The translations under genes and the position numbers were made by a program. From an uncultured Oscillospiraceae bacterium (lineage in GTDB: Bacteria > Bacillota > Clostridia > Lachnospirales > Lachnospiraceae), in the NCBI GenBank assembly GCA_963652495.1, contig CAVJTU010000005.1, positions 1,982-65,981 on the forward strand: DNA of 64,000 nt. Direction: 5' to 3'. Under the pieces are notes generated by a model that saw nothing but the letters and a program-made list of their open reading frames with translations, searched no databases and was not told the DNA's origin. Shown in pieces: positions 40,562 to 49,704 of this stretch; the first letter of the stretch is position 1, and each line of letters starts with the position of its first letter.

Positions 40562-41686
40562 TTACATTGCTTCCTTTGCCTGTGTCTGACGCTGTCTTGT
40601 CTTTCCTACTCTTTTTCTCTTGTTTAAAAGTGCCGGAATCTGATCTCTGACAATGCCGACAATTCCGCCCTTGAAGAACAGAATCGTAATAATAAACAGA
40701 AGACCGATGATATACTGCCAGCTCTCTGCCATGCTTCCGGAGCTTAAATTGTACTCGCACAGATTGATCAAAAATGCGCCGATTACAGCACCGACCAACG
40801 TTCCTCTGCCGCCGATTGCTACCCAGATTACCATGGTAATGGAGTAGGTGATGGACATCTGTGTCGGTGTGATGGAGCCATTGAAATTGACAAACAGCGC
40901 ACCGGCAATTGCTGCAAAGATTGCAGACAATACATAGACAAAATTTTTATAATTGCTGACACGGTAGCCTGAGAAATATGTGCGATTCTCTCCATCTCGA
41001 ATTGCGATAAGAAGCTTTCCAAACTTACTGCGCACAAGAAATGCTGAGACAACATAGATCACCGCTAATATCGCAAGTGCAATGTAAAATAATACAATCA
41101 AATTTCCCTGATGATCGGCTCCGCGCAGACTTCCAAGCACAGACTGAATCTGGTTGATGCCGACATCTCCGTTTGTATATGGGGAAAGCGCGATGAAAAC
41201 AGAGTATGCTGCCCATGTCAATGCCTGTGAGATAATGGAAAAATAAACTCCCTTGACACGGTTCTTAAAGATAAAGTAACCGATCAGTCCTGATACGAGA
41301 ATCGGAACAATCACAATCATAAGAAACGTTCCGACAGGTGACAAAAACGGCTTCCAGATCAGCGGAAGCTCGCTGAGTCCGCCAACCTGCATGAAATCCG
41401 TGATCTGTCCGTTTGTCTGGACGAGTTTTAAATACATGCCCATGCCATATGCGCCAAGGCAAAAGTAAAGTCCATGACCCAGGCTAAGGATTCCGGTATA
41501 GCCCCAGATCAAGTCAAGTCCGATGGCTACAATGGCAAAGGAAATACACTTTCCAAGGAATAAAACAGTCGTACTTTTTACGGCTCCGCCAAGCAAAAGA
41601 AGCGGCATGACGGCAAGTATAAGCACAATCAGCGTAAAACAGACATGATAGCCATTTTTTTGAATACGTTTTGCGATTGATTTCAT
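40562..41686 (-). CDS. urtC: Urea ABC permease UrtC
   Basis: LDLIWGYTGILSLGH, GVYFSIISQA, AIRDGE.R, WVAIGGRGTL. Confidence 0.93.
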   Translation of the reverse strand: MKSIAKRIQKNGYHVCFTLIVLILAVMPLLLLGGAVKSTTVLFLGKCISFAIVAIGLDLIWGYTGILSLGHGLYFCLGAYGMGMYLKLVQTNGQITDFMQVGGLSELPLIWKPFLSPVGTFLMIVIVPILVSGLIGYFIFKNRVKGVYFSIISQALTWAAYSVFIALSPYTNGDVGINQIQSVLGSLRGADHQGNLIVLFYIALAILAVIYVVSAFLVRSKFGKLLIAIRDGENRTYFSGYRVSNYKNFVYVLSAIFAAIAGALFVNFNGSITPTQMSITYSITMVIWVAIGGRGTLVGAVIGAFLINLCEYNLSSGSMAESWQYIIGLLFIITILFFKGGIVGIVRDQIPALLNKRKRVGKTRQRQTQAKEAM

Positions 41687-41698
41687 TTTCATGTCCTC

Positions 41699-42583
41699 CT
41701 ATTCGTCTAATGCTCTGCTTCTTACAGTAAACAAGCCCTGCGGTTTCTTCTGTAAAAATACAATAATAATCAGCAATACAATCGCCTTGGCAATAGAGGA
41801 CGATGTGATTGTCTCAAATCCGATGCTGGAAAATCCGATTACGGAAGATCCGATTACCGTTCCTGCCAGCTTTCCGACACCGCCAAGTACAACTGCCATG
41901 AACGTATTTACGATATAATTCTGTCCGACAGTCGAATCAACGGAGCCAAGCAGTGCGATGGCACAGCCTGCGATTCCTGCCAGACCGGAACCAAATGCGA
42001 ACGTAATGTTGTCGATTTTTCTCGAATTGATTCCCATACACTGTGCCATGGAACGGTTCTGCATAACGGCACGCATCTGACGGCCGAAATTGCTGCGATA
42101 CATCAGTACCCACACAAGAAGCAGACAGAGCGCAACAAGTGCGATGATAAAAAGTCTTGTAAGGGACAATGAAAAGGAACCAATGCGAATGCTTCCTGAC
42201 AAAATCTTCGGTGTCGTTACAAGAACGCCCTGTGTTCCAAAGATGGAACGCGCTGCCTGCTGCAAAATAAGACTCACGCCCCAGGTTGCAAGCAGGCTGT
42301 CGATCTCTCGCCCGTACAGGCGAGAGACAACCAGCTTTTCAAGCAGTGAACCAAGCAAAAATGTCACTGCAAATGCAGCAATGATCGATACGAAATAGCC
42401 CAGATCAGAGGATACATATTGCTGCAAAAAGCCCTGAACCATGTAGGTCACATATGCACCGATCATCATAAATTCTCCGTGTGCCATGTTAATGACACGC
42501 ATAAGTCCAAACGTGATTGCCAGTCCGAGTGATGCCAGCAATATGATGGAAGATAAGCTCAGTCCGTTAAAGAATATATTCAT
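41699..42583 (-). CDS. urtB: Urea ABC permease UrtB
   Basis: GLAITFGLMRVINMAHGE, LLATWG, PQGLF. Confidence 0.93.
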   Translation of the reverse strand: MNIFFNGLSLSSIILLASLGLAITFGLMRVINMAHGEFMMIGAYVTYMVQGFLQQYVSSDLGYFVSIIAAFAVTFLLGSLLEKLVVSRLYGREIDSLLATWGVSLILQQAARSIFGTQGVLVTTPKILSGSIRIGSFSLSLTRLFIIALVALCLLLVWVLMYRSNFGRQMRAVMQNRSMAQCMGINSRKIDNITFAFGSGLAGIAGCAIALLGSVDSTVGQNYIVNTFMAVVLGGVGKLAGTVIGSSVIGFSSIGFETITSSSIAKAIVLLIIIVFLQKKPQGLFTVRSRALDE

Positions 42584-42715
42584 GAAGCTTCTCCTTTCTC
42601 TTGATCAATAGCCCAATTAACCGACTTCTCGACAGACAATCTACAATACAAGCCTGACCGCTTCGCTTTACGGCATTGTATTTGTAGATGTCTGCTCTCG
42701 AAGTCTTATTTTTAT

Positions 42716-43951
42716 TTACTCCAATGGCTGTACACCTGCCTCTACTGCCCAGTCATAGGTTGTCAGATATGGATCCGGCTTTACCGGGCTGTCGGTTGCG
42801 GATACCTCATAGATCAAACCGTCATCGGCTACTTTTCCGATACGAACGGTCTTGTACAGATGCTGGTTCTCACCATCTACGGTAATGGTTCCCTCCGGTG
42901 CGTCGATGCTCAGTCCGTCAAGTGCCTTTCTGACATCATCGGTAGCGAAGCTTCCTGCCTTCTCACAAGCTGCCTTCCACATATAAACGGCATCGTAAGC
43001 GGCCTCTGCCGGGTCGGATGTCACGCGATCCTCGCCGTACTTTTCCTTGTATGCCTTAACGAACTCGTCATTCTTTTCGGTATCTGTGGTCTGATAGTAG
43101 TTCCAGGAAACGAGATGACCGCTGAGGATATCAGAACCGATGGTCTGAACCTCTTCCTCTGCGATGGAGAAGGACATTGTCATAATGTCATCGGATGTAA
43201 TGTTCTTATCTGCTAACTGCTTGAAGAAGGAAACATTTCCGGTACCGTTTAAGGTATTGATGATAACATCCGGCTGTGCATCCTCGATCTTAGAGATGAT
43301 GGACGAAAATTCGGTCTGATCCATGGACGCATATTCCTCACCGACTACTTCTACACCGTCTACTGCGTCAATCTGTGCGTTGATGATCATGTTTGCTGTT
43401 CTTGGGAATACATAATCCGAACCAAGTAAGAAAAACTTTGTATATCCTTCATCAATTAAATATTCAATTGCAGGAACGATCTGCTGATTCGGTGCAGCAC
43501 CCATGTAAACGATGTTGTCGGAAGACTCCATGCCTTCGTACTGAACCGGATACCATAAGAGATTGTTATAATCCTCAAAGATCTGCTTTACGGCCTTTCT
43601 GGAAGAAGATGTCCAGCATCCGAATACGGTTGCTACTTCATCCTCGCCGAGAAGCTTCTCTGCCTTTGTTGCAAAGGTTGACGGCTGAGATGCGCCATCC
43701 TCTTCAATATATTTGATCTGCTTGCCAAGCACACCGCCTGCCGCGTTGATCTCGTCAATTGCAAGCACCTCGGCATCTCTTACGGAACCTTCGCTGATTG
43801 CCATGGATCCTGTCAGGGAATGAAGCAGTCCGACTGTTACCGTTTCCTGCTCTGATGATTTCTTTGAACCGCATCCTGCCAGTGATGCTGCCGCCAATGC
43901 CGCACATGCTGTAAATACCGCTGCTTTTCTCATCTCTCTTGCTTTTTTCAT
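42716..43951 (-). CDS. urtA: Urea ABC substrate-binding lipoprotein UrtA
   Basis: Lipobox LAGC; HSLTGSMAISE, FGCWTSSSRK, YPVQYEG, PNQQ, GSDYVFPR. Confidence 0.95.
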   Translation of the reverse strand: MKKAREMRKAAVFTACAALAAASLAGCGSKKSSEQETVTVGLLHSLTGSMAISEGSVRDAEVLAIDEINAAGGVLGKQIKYIEEDGASQPSTFATKAEKLLGEDEVATVFGCWTSSSRKAVKQIFEDYNNLLWYPVQYEGMESSDNIVYMGAAPNQQIVPAIEYLIDEGYTKFFLLGSDYVFPRTANMIINAQIDAVDGVEVVGEEYASMDQTEFSSIISKIEDAQPDVIINTLNGTGNVSFFKQLADKNITSDDIMTMSFSIAEEEVQTIGSDILSGHLVSWNYYQTTDTEKNDEFVKAYKEKYGEDRVTSDPAEAAYDAVYMWKAACEKAGSFATDDVRKALDGLSIDAPEGTITVDGENQHLYKTVRIGKVADDGLIYEVSATDSPVKPDPYLTTYDWAVEAGVQPLE

Positions 43952-44004
43952 AATCTTATCCTCTCTTCCTATGCTGTCCATTCCAATGCTGTCATTTATG
44001 GCAT

Positions 44005-44664
44005 TTACTGCTCATTCGCGCCCTCACTTGAATGAAGCTTTGCCATTTTCACATCCTTATAATGTGCAATAATATCAGCACAATCATCGTAGCCAATGCG
44101 GTCGCTGTTTAGCGTCATGTCATATGCCACAGGATCTGTCCAATAGCCGCCGCCCGTGTAATAACTGTAATAGTTGGCACGATAGCGGTCTGTCTGGTAG
44201 ATCATCTGATCGGCTTCCTCTGCTGTAACATCCAGTCTCTCCATGATTGTTGCGCGGCACGCACGTCTTGGAGCCTCGACATAGACACTTACTACATTCG
44301 GATAATCCTTTAAAATGTAGTTGGCACATTTTCCGATAATGATGCAGGACTCGGTCTTTGCAAGCTCTCTCATGATCTTTGCCTGAATATTAAACAAATT
44401 CACATCCGATACAAAATCCTTCTGTGAAGGCTCAGCCAACCGATTGATCTTTGGAAATTTCTTTAATGCCATCGCAATCTTTTTGCCATTTAACTTTTCA
44501 TCTGACTTGACAAACAACGATTTGCTGATTCCGCTGTAATCGGATGCCATCTGCAAAATCTGCTTTTCATAGCACGGAATGCCAAGTTTGGCGGATAGTC
44601 GAAGACCAATCTGCTTGCCTCCGCTTCCGAAGCCTCTGGCAATGGTAATCACATAATTATCCAT
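44005..44664 (-). CDS. Cytidylate kinase-like family protein
   Basis: VITIARGFGSGG, IIGKC, D..R..YY, YD..LNS. Confidence 0.88.
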   Translation of the reverse strand: MDNYVITIARGFGSGGKQIGLRLSAKLGIPCYEKQILQMASDYSGISKSLFVKSDEKLNGKKIAMALKKFPKINRLAEPSQKDFVSDVNLFNIQAKIMRELAKTESCIIIGKCANYILKDYPNVVSVYVEAPRRACRATIMERLDVTAEEADQMIYQTDRYRANYYSYYTGGGYWTDPVAYDMTLNSDRIGYDDCADIIAHYKDVKMAKLHSSEGANEQ

Positions 44665-44727
44665 CCAGCCCTCCTTTCAACAATGCCAATTATTACGTAT
44701 ATCAAAGCGGCATTTCCGAAATAATCG

Positions 44728-44827
44728 AAAGAGGCTGCTTCCCTTTTTAAGGAAAACAGCCTCTTTGCTATTTTTTATCGCTTTGCTTTGATGCGACTAT
44801 GATAGCATATGTTATTTTAACGGACAA
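44728..44827 (-). promoter_or_regulatory. Promoter and leader attenuator with ANTAR-type motif
   Basis: TTGTCC-17-TATCAT (44827-44799); AGCAAAGAGGCT (44769-44758) overlaps the 5' arm of the aaagaggctg/cagcctcttt hairpin. Confidence 0.65.
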
Positions 44828-44926
44828 CCTGACAAAACAGACTTTTCTACCCTAATTTTCCGTCATGCTGCCCATTCACAGACAGTGTGGACCGCCATTT
44901 TAACCGAATCCAGTAAGTTTCCTTCT

Positions 44927-45682
44927 TCAATTGCGAATATCCGCCTGACTTTTTCGGTGCTGCGCCGGTGTATCGCCTGTATATTCCTTAAAGAGCTTCG
45001 TGAAATAATCGGTTGTTTTATATCCGAGACGGTCGCTTATCTCATAAATGCGCTCATCCGTATGAGCGAGCAGATACTTTGCATATTCCATCTTATAGCG
45101 CATCGCGAACGTATTAAAGTTTTCATTCATCTGTCGCTTGAACAGCTTGCCAAAATAGTCATGGCTCAGCATAAATTCATCGGAAATATCTTTCAGATTT
45201 AAATCGACATGCTCTGAAAAATAAGCCATCACTTTTTTTGCAAAACCGGATGACGTATCTGCGCCGCAGACGCGAAAAATTTCCTCTGTAATGTTTTGCT
45301 CTCTCTCATCGTCAAGCTCTTCGCGCACATTTTGCAGACACTCGCGAAGCTCCTCCTCTGTCACAGGCTTCAGCAAATAGTCCATCGCGCCCAGCTTCAT
45401 TCCCTGTCTGACATAATCAAATTCATTATAATTGCTGGCAATGATGCGCGGAGCTGTAATTCCGCGCTCCTTTAACTCCTTTAAAAATTCCAGTCCGTTC
45501 ATGACAGGCATCATCACATCCACCAGATACAGATCAAACTGTTTTGTCTGCATAATTGACAATGCTTCTCTTCCATTTAAGGCCTGTCCGGCAATCGCAA
45601 AGCCTTCCTCCTCCCAGACCTTCATTTTCATATAAAGGCTTTGGTTTGTCCGATCATCCTCTACGATCAAAATCTGATACAT
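44927..45682 (-). CDS. Response regulator (REC + AraC HTH)
   Basis: ILIVEDD, VDVMMP, YLLKP; C-terminal YF.KLFK..G.TP. Confidence 0.92.
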   Translation of the reverse strand: MYQILIVEDDRTNQSLYMKMKVWEEEGFAIAGQALNGREALSIMQTKQFDLYLVDVMMPVMNGLEFLKELKERGITAPRIIASNYNEFDYVRQGMKLGAMDYLLKPVTEEELRECLQNVREELDDEREQNITEEIFRVCGADTSSGFAKKVMAYFSEHVDLNLKDISDEFMLSHDYFGKLFKRQMNENFNTFAMRYKMEYAKYLLAHTDERIYEISDRLGYKTTDYFTKLFKEYTGDTPAQHRKSQADIRN

Positions 45683-48218
45683 AGATACTCACCTCCTTCA
45701 TTGTCTGCTCAAATACCAAAAAGAGCTGTTCGCCGTGCGCTTCATTCCATTTTTGTTTTTTGATGTCCATCAGGCACATCTTCGCTGCAGCTTCAAGCGG
45801 CCGGCACATTAAATTGCCGCTGACACCTTTTATGCGATGCACCTGCATTTCGGCTGCTTCCCAGTCCGTGCGCTTGATGGCTGCTTTTACGTTCTCGCAA
45901 AATGACACATTGTCTTCCAGAAAAATGGTAAGCAGCTCTGCCACCGCCTGCTTGTCCCCATAAAACTGTTTCTCCAGACCCTTAAATGCAATGAACTCAT
46001 CTGTCTGGGCGGCTGTTTCCATGAGTTCGGGCACATGAAGCGTGTGAATGGTCTGCGCCATATAGGTTTCCAGAAGCATTTTTAACTGCTCCATCGGAAT
46101 CGGTTTGGGCAGATATGCATTCATGCCGGCTTCCTTTACTCTTTTCTCTACATCCTCTCCAATATTTGCCGTAAGTGCAACCAGAATCGTATTTTTGAAG
46201 GCTTTTTCTCTTCGTATCTGCGCACTTAACTCATAGCCGCTGATCTTTGGCATTGAAATATCAAGAAATACAATGTCATATGCAGTCTGGCGCATACGCT
46301 CAAGAACCGCCTCCGGGTCGCCCTCTGTGTCTGCGATGTAGCCAAATTTATGAAGCACTTCTGACTCCAGAATCCGATTCACCTTGTTGTCATCCACAAT
46401 TAATATAGAAAGATTTCGCTTGCTTCTCTTATCGGACAGCGTTTCCTTTTTCGACTTTTTCTCCTCCCTGCCATACTCAAAATCCATATCAAAATAAAAA
46501 CAGCTTCCTACGCCTTCCTCACTCTCAAGAAGAAGCGTATATTTTCCCTTGCTCATCTCCTGGACGATCTTTCGGCAGATTGGAAGGCCCAGTCCTGTAC
46601 CGCCGTATTTTCTTGTGATGCTGGCATCCGCCTGCGCAAACGCATCGAATATTCGCTGACGCTGTTCTTTTTTAATGCCGATTCCCGTGTCCTCGACACG
46701 AAACTCAAGCACGCAATGCTTTGCAAAAAAGTGAAGGTTCCTGACAGACAGCGTTACGCCGCCTTCTTTTGTAAATTTAAAGCCATTGTAGATCAAATTG
46801 GTTAATACCTGCTTTAACTTCAGCGGATCTCCGTGAACATATTCCGGCACATCCTCGCCTATATTTACAGTAAATGTTAAATTTCGCTGTTCTGCTTCAT
46901 TCTCCAGGATTCCTTTTAGTGCATCCGTCAGCTGATACAGGCTGAAATTTTTATTTTCAAATGTCATTCGCCCGGACTCCAACTTAGAATAATCCAGAAT
47001 CTCATTGATCTCCTCCAGCAAAATATCAGCAGCCAGATGAATATTTTCCATATAGCGTCGCTGCTCGCCTGACATTCTGGTATCTTCAAGCAAAAACAGA
47101 TAGCCCGATATCGTGCTTAACGGTGTACGAAGTTCATGCGACATCTGCGTAAGAAATTGCGTTTTGACTTTGTTTGCTTTCTCGGCCTGGCGCTTTGCGT
47201 CCATCAGTTCCTGCTCGATCTTTTCCGATTTGACAAGCTCAGAAAGCATGTCGGCAGACAGTGCATTAAACTCACGCGCAAACTCCTGCAGCTCCCATAC
47301 ACCCTCCGGCTCCACAAACATGCGGCGGCGGCCATGCTGGTGCTCGATTGTCTTTTTATAGCGGATAACAGGCTTGATGTACCACCTCTGGAAAATCACA
47401 AGAATGAATACCATAACTGCAATCTCTCCGATGCCAAAGAAAATCTGCAAAAATATGGCCTGCTGTGATCTGCGGCGTGCACTCAAAACTTCTTTTGCAA
47501 GCCTCGTATTCAATGAAGTCTGGAATTTTTCAATGTTGGTGTCAATCAACCCCTTATACGCATCGTAGGCACTTCCATAAAGCATCAGCAGTGCCTTGTG
47601 CGCCTTTTGATTATTCAGTTCATCGCTGATGAGTCCACTGTCTTCCAATTGATAGTCACTTTCGAGTGGATATTCCTTCACATAACGGATGCATTCTGCA
47701 AGAAATGCATTTTGTTCCTCATCGCTTTTTTCATTCTGATTCTTGTCTTTTGTATCTATGGTATCCCATTCTGTCGGATCCATCGTCTCTAATACAAGAC
47801 GCATCGAGCTGATCTCAATATGCATCAGCGTATCGGAATAATATTTTGCCAGCTCTAAGCTTCGCTCCTCTGATGCGGGAATGTCTGCCGCTTCGATCTG
47901 AGCGATGATTTTTTCCCGATGCATCTGAAGTTTGGCTTCATTCCAATAATTTTCAAAATATTGCATATCCTGCGTTACGGCAAATTTACGCACCTCGCTC
48001 GTCAAATAATCGGAATACCTTCCAAGCTCCAACGCAAGTGTGCGATACATAAGCTGATTGCTGTAGGCTTTTTGGAGTGTTTCGGTGCTTGACTTTTGCA
48101 GCCACACACCCTCAAAGATCATTGCCATCTGAGCGATTGCAAGAATCAAAATCACTCCGATAATATAATTTGATTTTTTCCATTTATCTTTTAATCGCAA
48201 TCCAACGTGTTTTTGCAT
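45654..48218 (-). CDS. Hybrid sensor histidine kinase (2 TM, HisKA, HATPase, REC, Hpt)
   Basis: SHELRTPL, NLIYNGFKF, DTGIG, GGTGLGL, VDDN..LDISMP..KP, HRIKG. Confidence 0.93.
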   Translation of the reverse strand: MQKHVGLRLKDKWKKSNYIIGVILILAIAQMAMIFEGVWLQKSSTETLQKAYSNQLMYRTLALELGRYSDYLTSEVRKFAVTQDMQYFENYWNEAKLQMHREKIIAQIEAADIPASEERSLELAKYYSDTLMHIEISSMRLVLETMDPTEWDTIDTKDKNQNEKSDEEQNAFLAECIRYVKEYPLESDYQLEDSGLISDELNNQKAHKALLMLYGSAYDAYKGLIDTNIEKFQTSLNTRLAKEVLSARRRSQQAIFLQIFFGIGEIAVMVFILVIFQRWYIKPVIRYKKTIEHQHGRRRMFVEPEGVWELQEFAREFNALSADMLSELVKSEKIEQELMDAKRQAEKANKVKTQFLTQMSHELRTPLSTISGYLFLLEDTRMSGEQRRYMENIHLAADILLEEINEILDYSKLESGRMTFENKNFSLYQLTDALKGILENEAEQRNLTFTVNIGEDVPEYVHGDPLKLKQVLTNLIYNGFKFTKEGGVTLSVRNLHFFAKHCVLEFRVEDTGIGIKKEQRQRIFDAFAQADASITRKYGGTGLGLPICRKIVQEMSKGKYTLLLESEEGVGSCFYFDMDFEYGREEKKSKKETLSDKRSKRNLSILIVDDNKVNRILESEVLHKFGYIADTEGDPEAVLERMRQTAYDIVFLDISMPKISGYELSAQIRREKAFKNTILVALTANIGEDVEKRVKEAGMNAYLPKPIPMEQLKMLLETYMAQTIHTLHVPELMETAAQTDEFIAFKGLEKQFYGDKQAVAELLTIFLEDNVSFCENVKAAIKRTDWEAAEMQVHRIKGVSGNLMCRPLEAAAKMCLMDIKKQKWNEAHGEQLFLVFEQTMKEVSIYVSDFDRRG

Positions 48219-48302
48219 CTGCATCCCTCCCGAAAATGGCAAAGAGCAGAACACATCGCCATTGATGCATCTGCTCTTCTTTCTTTTTTCGTTTTGATCC
48301 GA

Positions 48303-49313
48303 CTAAAGCGTGCGCACACTCTGCCCCTCGATCAGCTGTCCGCTGATGACACTTAATCGGCCGGGGCCCTTATCAAGTCTTTTTACTCTGGAAATGATGC
48401 GCTCCGCTGCGGCCTTCGCCATCTCCGGCATATCCACGCCATATGTAGTGATTGCGATATCACATACCGGCATAAATAGGAAGTTGTCATAACCTACGAC
48501 AGACACATCCTCCGGCACACGATATCCTCTGCTTTCGAGCCCGCGTATCAGCATACTGGCAGTCTGATCACAATTGCATACAAATGCTGTCGGCATATCC
48601 TTTGGCAAATCCGGCTCTATGATCTCCATGGTTCCCGGCACGCGATCCTCTATAATCCAGTCCTCACGCTCCTCAATATCATATTGACGTATTGCCTTTA
48701 AATAGCCAAAATAGCGGTCAACAATACTGCTGTTTGACTTTATGCTTCCTACATATGCAATTTTTTTGTGTCCCTTCTTTATCAAATGCCTTGTCGCAGT
48801 ATACATGCCATAAAAGTTATTGGAAATGACACAGTCCACATCAAACTCTGCTGCATAAAAATCCAGAAATACCATCGGCATACCGGACTCTTTCTCAAGC
48901 TTTCGCAGATAGGCTCTGCTGACTTCCCCCATCACGATCAGTCCGTCTATGCGATGATCGCTTACCATAACCGGAATTTCGATATTTTTTTCTTCACTTG
49001 GTTTTAATACGCAGAATGCCAAAAGACAATTATGTGCAGCACAAGCGACCGCCAACTCCTGATAGAGCCTCCAGTAAAAGGAAGAACCATTTCCAAGGTA
49101 GCGTTCCTGAACGAGTACACCTATATTCACTGCTGTCTTTGACGATGCCTGTGAACCCGGTGCATGATACCCCATCTCTTCTGCCATCGCCTTGATTCGC
49201 TCACGAAGCTCTTCGCTGACACCGCGCTGGTTGGCAAGCGCGTTGGAAACCGTTACGGTACTGACACCGAGTTTTTCTGCTATATCTGACAGACGTACTG
49301 ATTTTCTTGCCAT
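48303..49313 (-). CDS. LacI-family transcriptional regulator
   Basis: DIAEKLGVSTVTVSNAL HTH; VPEDVSVVGYD. Confidence 0.93.
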   Translation of the reverse strand: MARKSVRLSDIAEKLGVSTVTVSNALANQRGVSEELRERIKAMAEEMGYHAPGSQASSKTAVNIGVLVQERYLGNGSSFYWRLYQELAVACAAHNCLLAFCVLKPSEEKNIEIPVMVSDHRIDGLIVMGEVSRAYLRKLEKESGMPMVFLDFYAAEFDVDCVISNNFYGMYTATRHLIKKGHKKIAYVGSIKSNSSIVDRYFGYLKAIRQYDIEEREDWIIEDRVPGTMEIIEPDLPKDMPTAFVCNCDQTASMLIRGLESRGYRVPEDVSVVGYDNFLFMPVCDIAITTYGVDMPEMAKAAAERIISRVKRLDKGPGRLSVISGQLIEGQSVRTL

Positions 49314-49483
49314 AAATACGCCTCCATTCTATATTTAATGATGTAATGATGTTGGTGTCAAAAGGCACTTTGACCCCTTTGATACCAGATTGCTACGATG
49401 CAAATATAACAGTTCTTAATTGCGTTATTTATCGACCCGCTATCGTCTGAATCTGCATCATCACATTTTCTTAATTTATTTTA

Positions 49484-49512
49484 AGTATAGAATGCTTTAA
49501 TAATTCTGTCAA
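49484..49512 (-). promoter_or_regulatory. SigA promoter of the LacI-kinase-regulator unit
   Basis: TTGACA-17-TATACT. Confidence 0.8.
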
Positions 49513-49524
49513 GTCAATTTAACC

Positions 49525-49695
49525 GGATCCAGCAAGCAGCCAATTCCTCTTTTGTCCAGAAAATCAGGACTCTGCTCAATCCATCCCGGAACTATCATCC
49601 GATACTGTTTTTTTGTTTTCTTCCACTGTAAAGTCCCAAAGACATTCCAACTCGGTACTGATCCGAACTTCATGTATTTTAAATAAGCGAAGCAT
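49525..49695 (-). pseudogene. Frameshifted N-terminal remnant, probably of a GH2 (beta-glucuronidase-like) gene
   Basis: GGAGG RBS, MLRLFKIHEVRISTELECLWDF, frameshift at an A7 run, then QYRMIVPGWIEQSPDFLDKRG. Confidence 0.6.
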
Positions 49696-49704
49696 GTTTC
49701 CTCC

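Noticed and set aside
43971..43997. atgctgtc(c)att micro-duplication before urtA
   Set aside because: Short slippage repeat with no evident function
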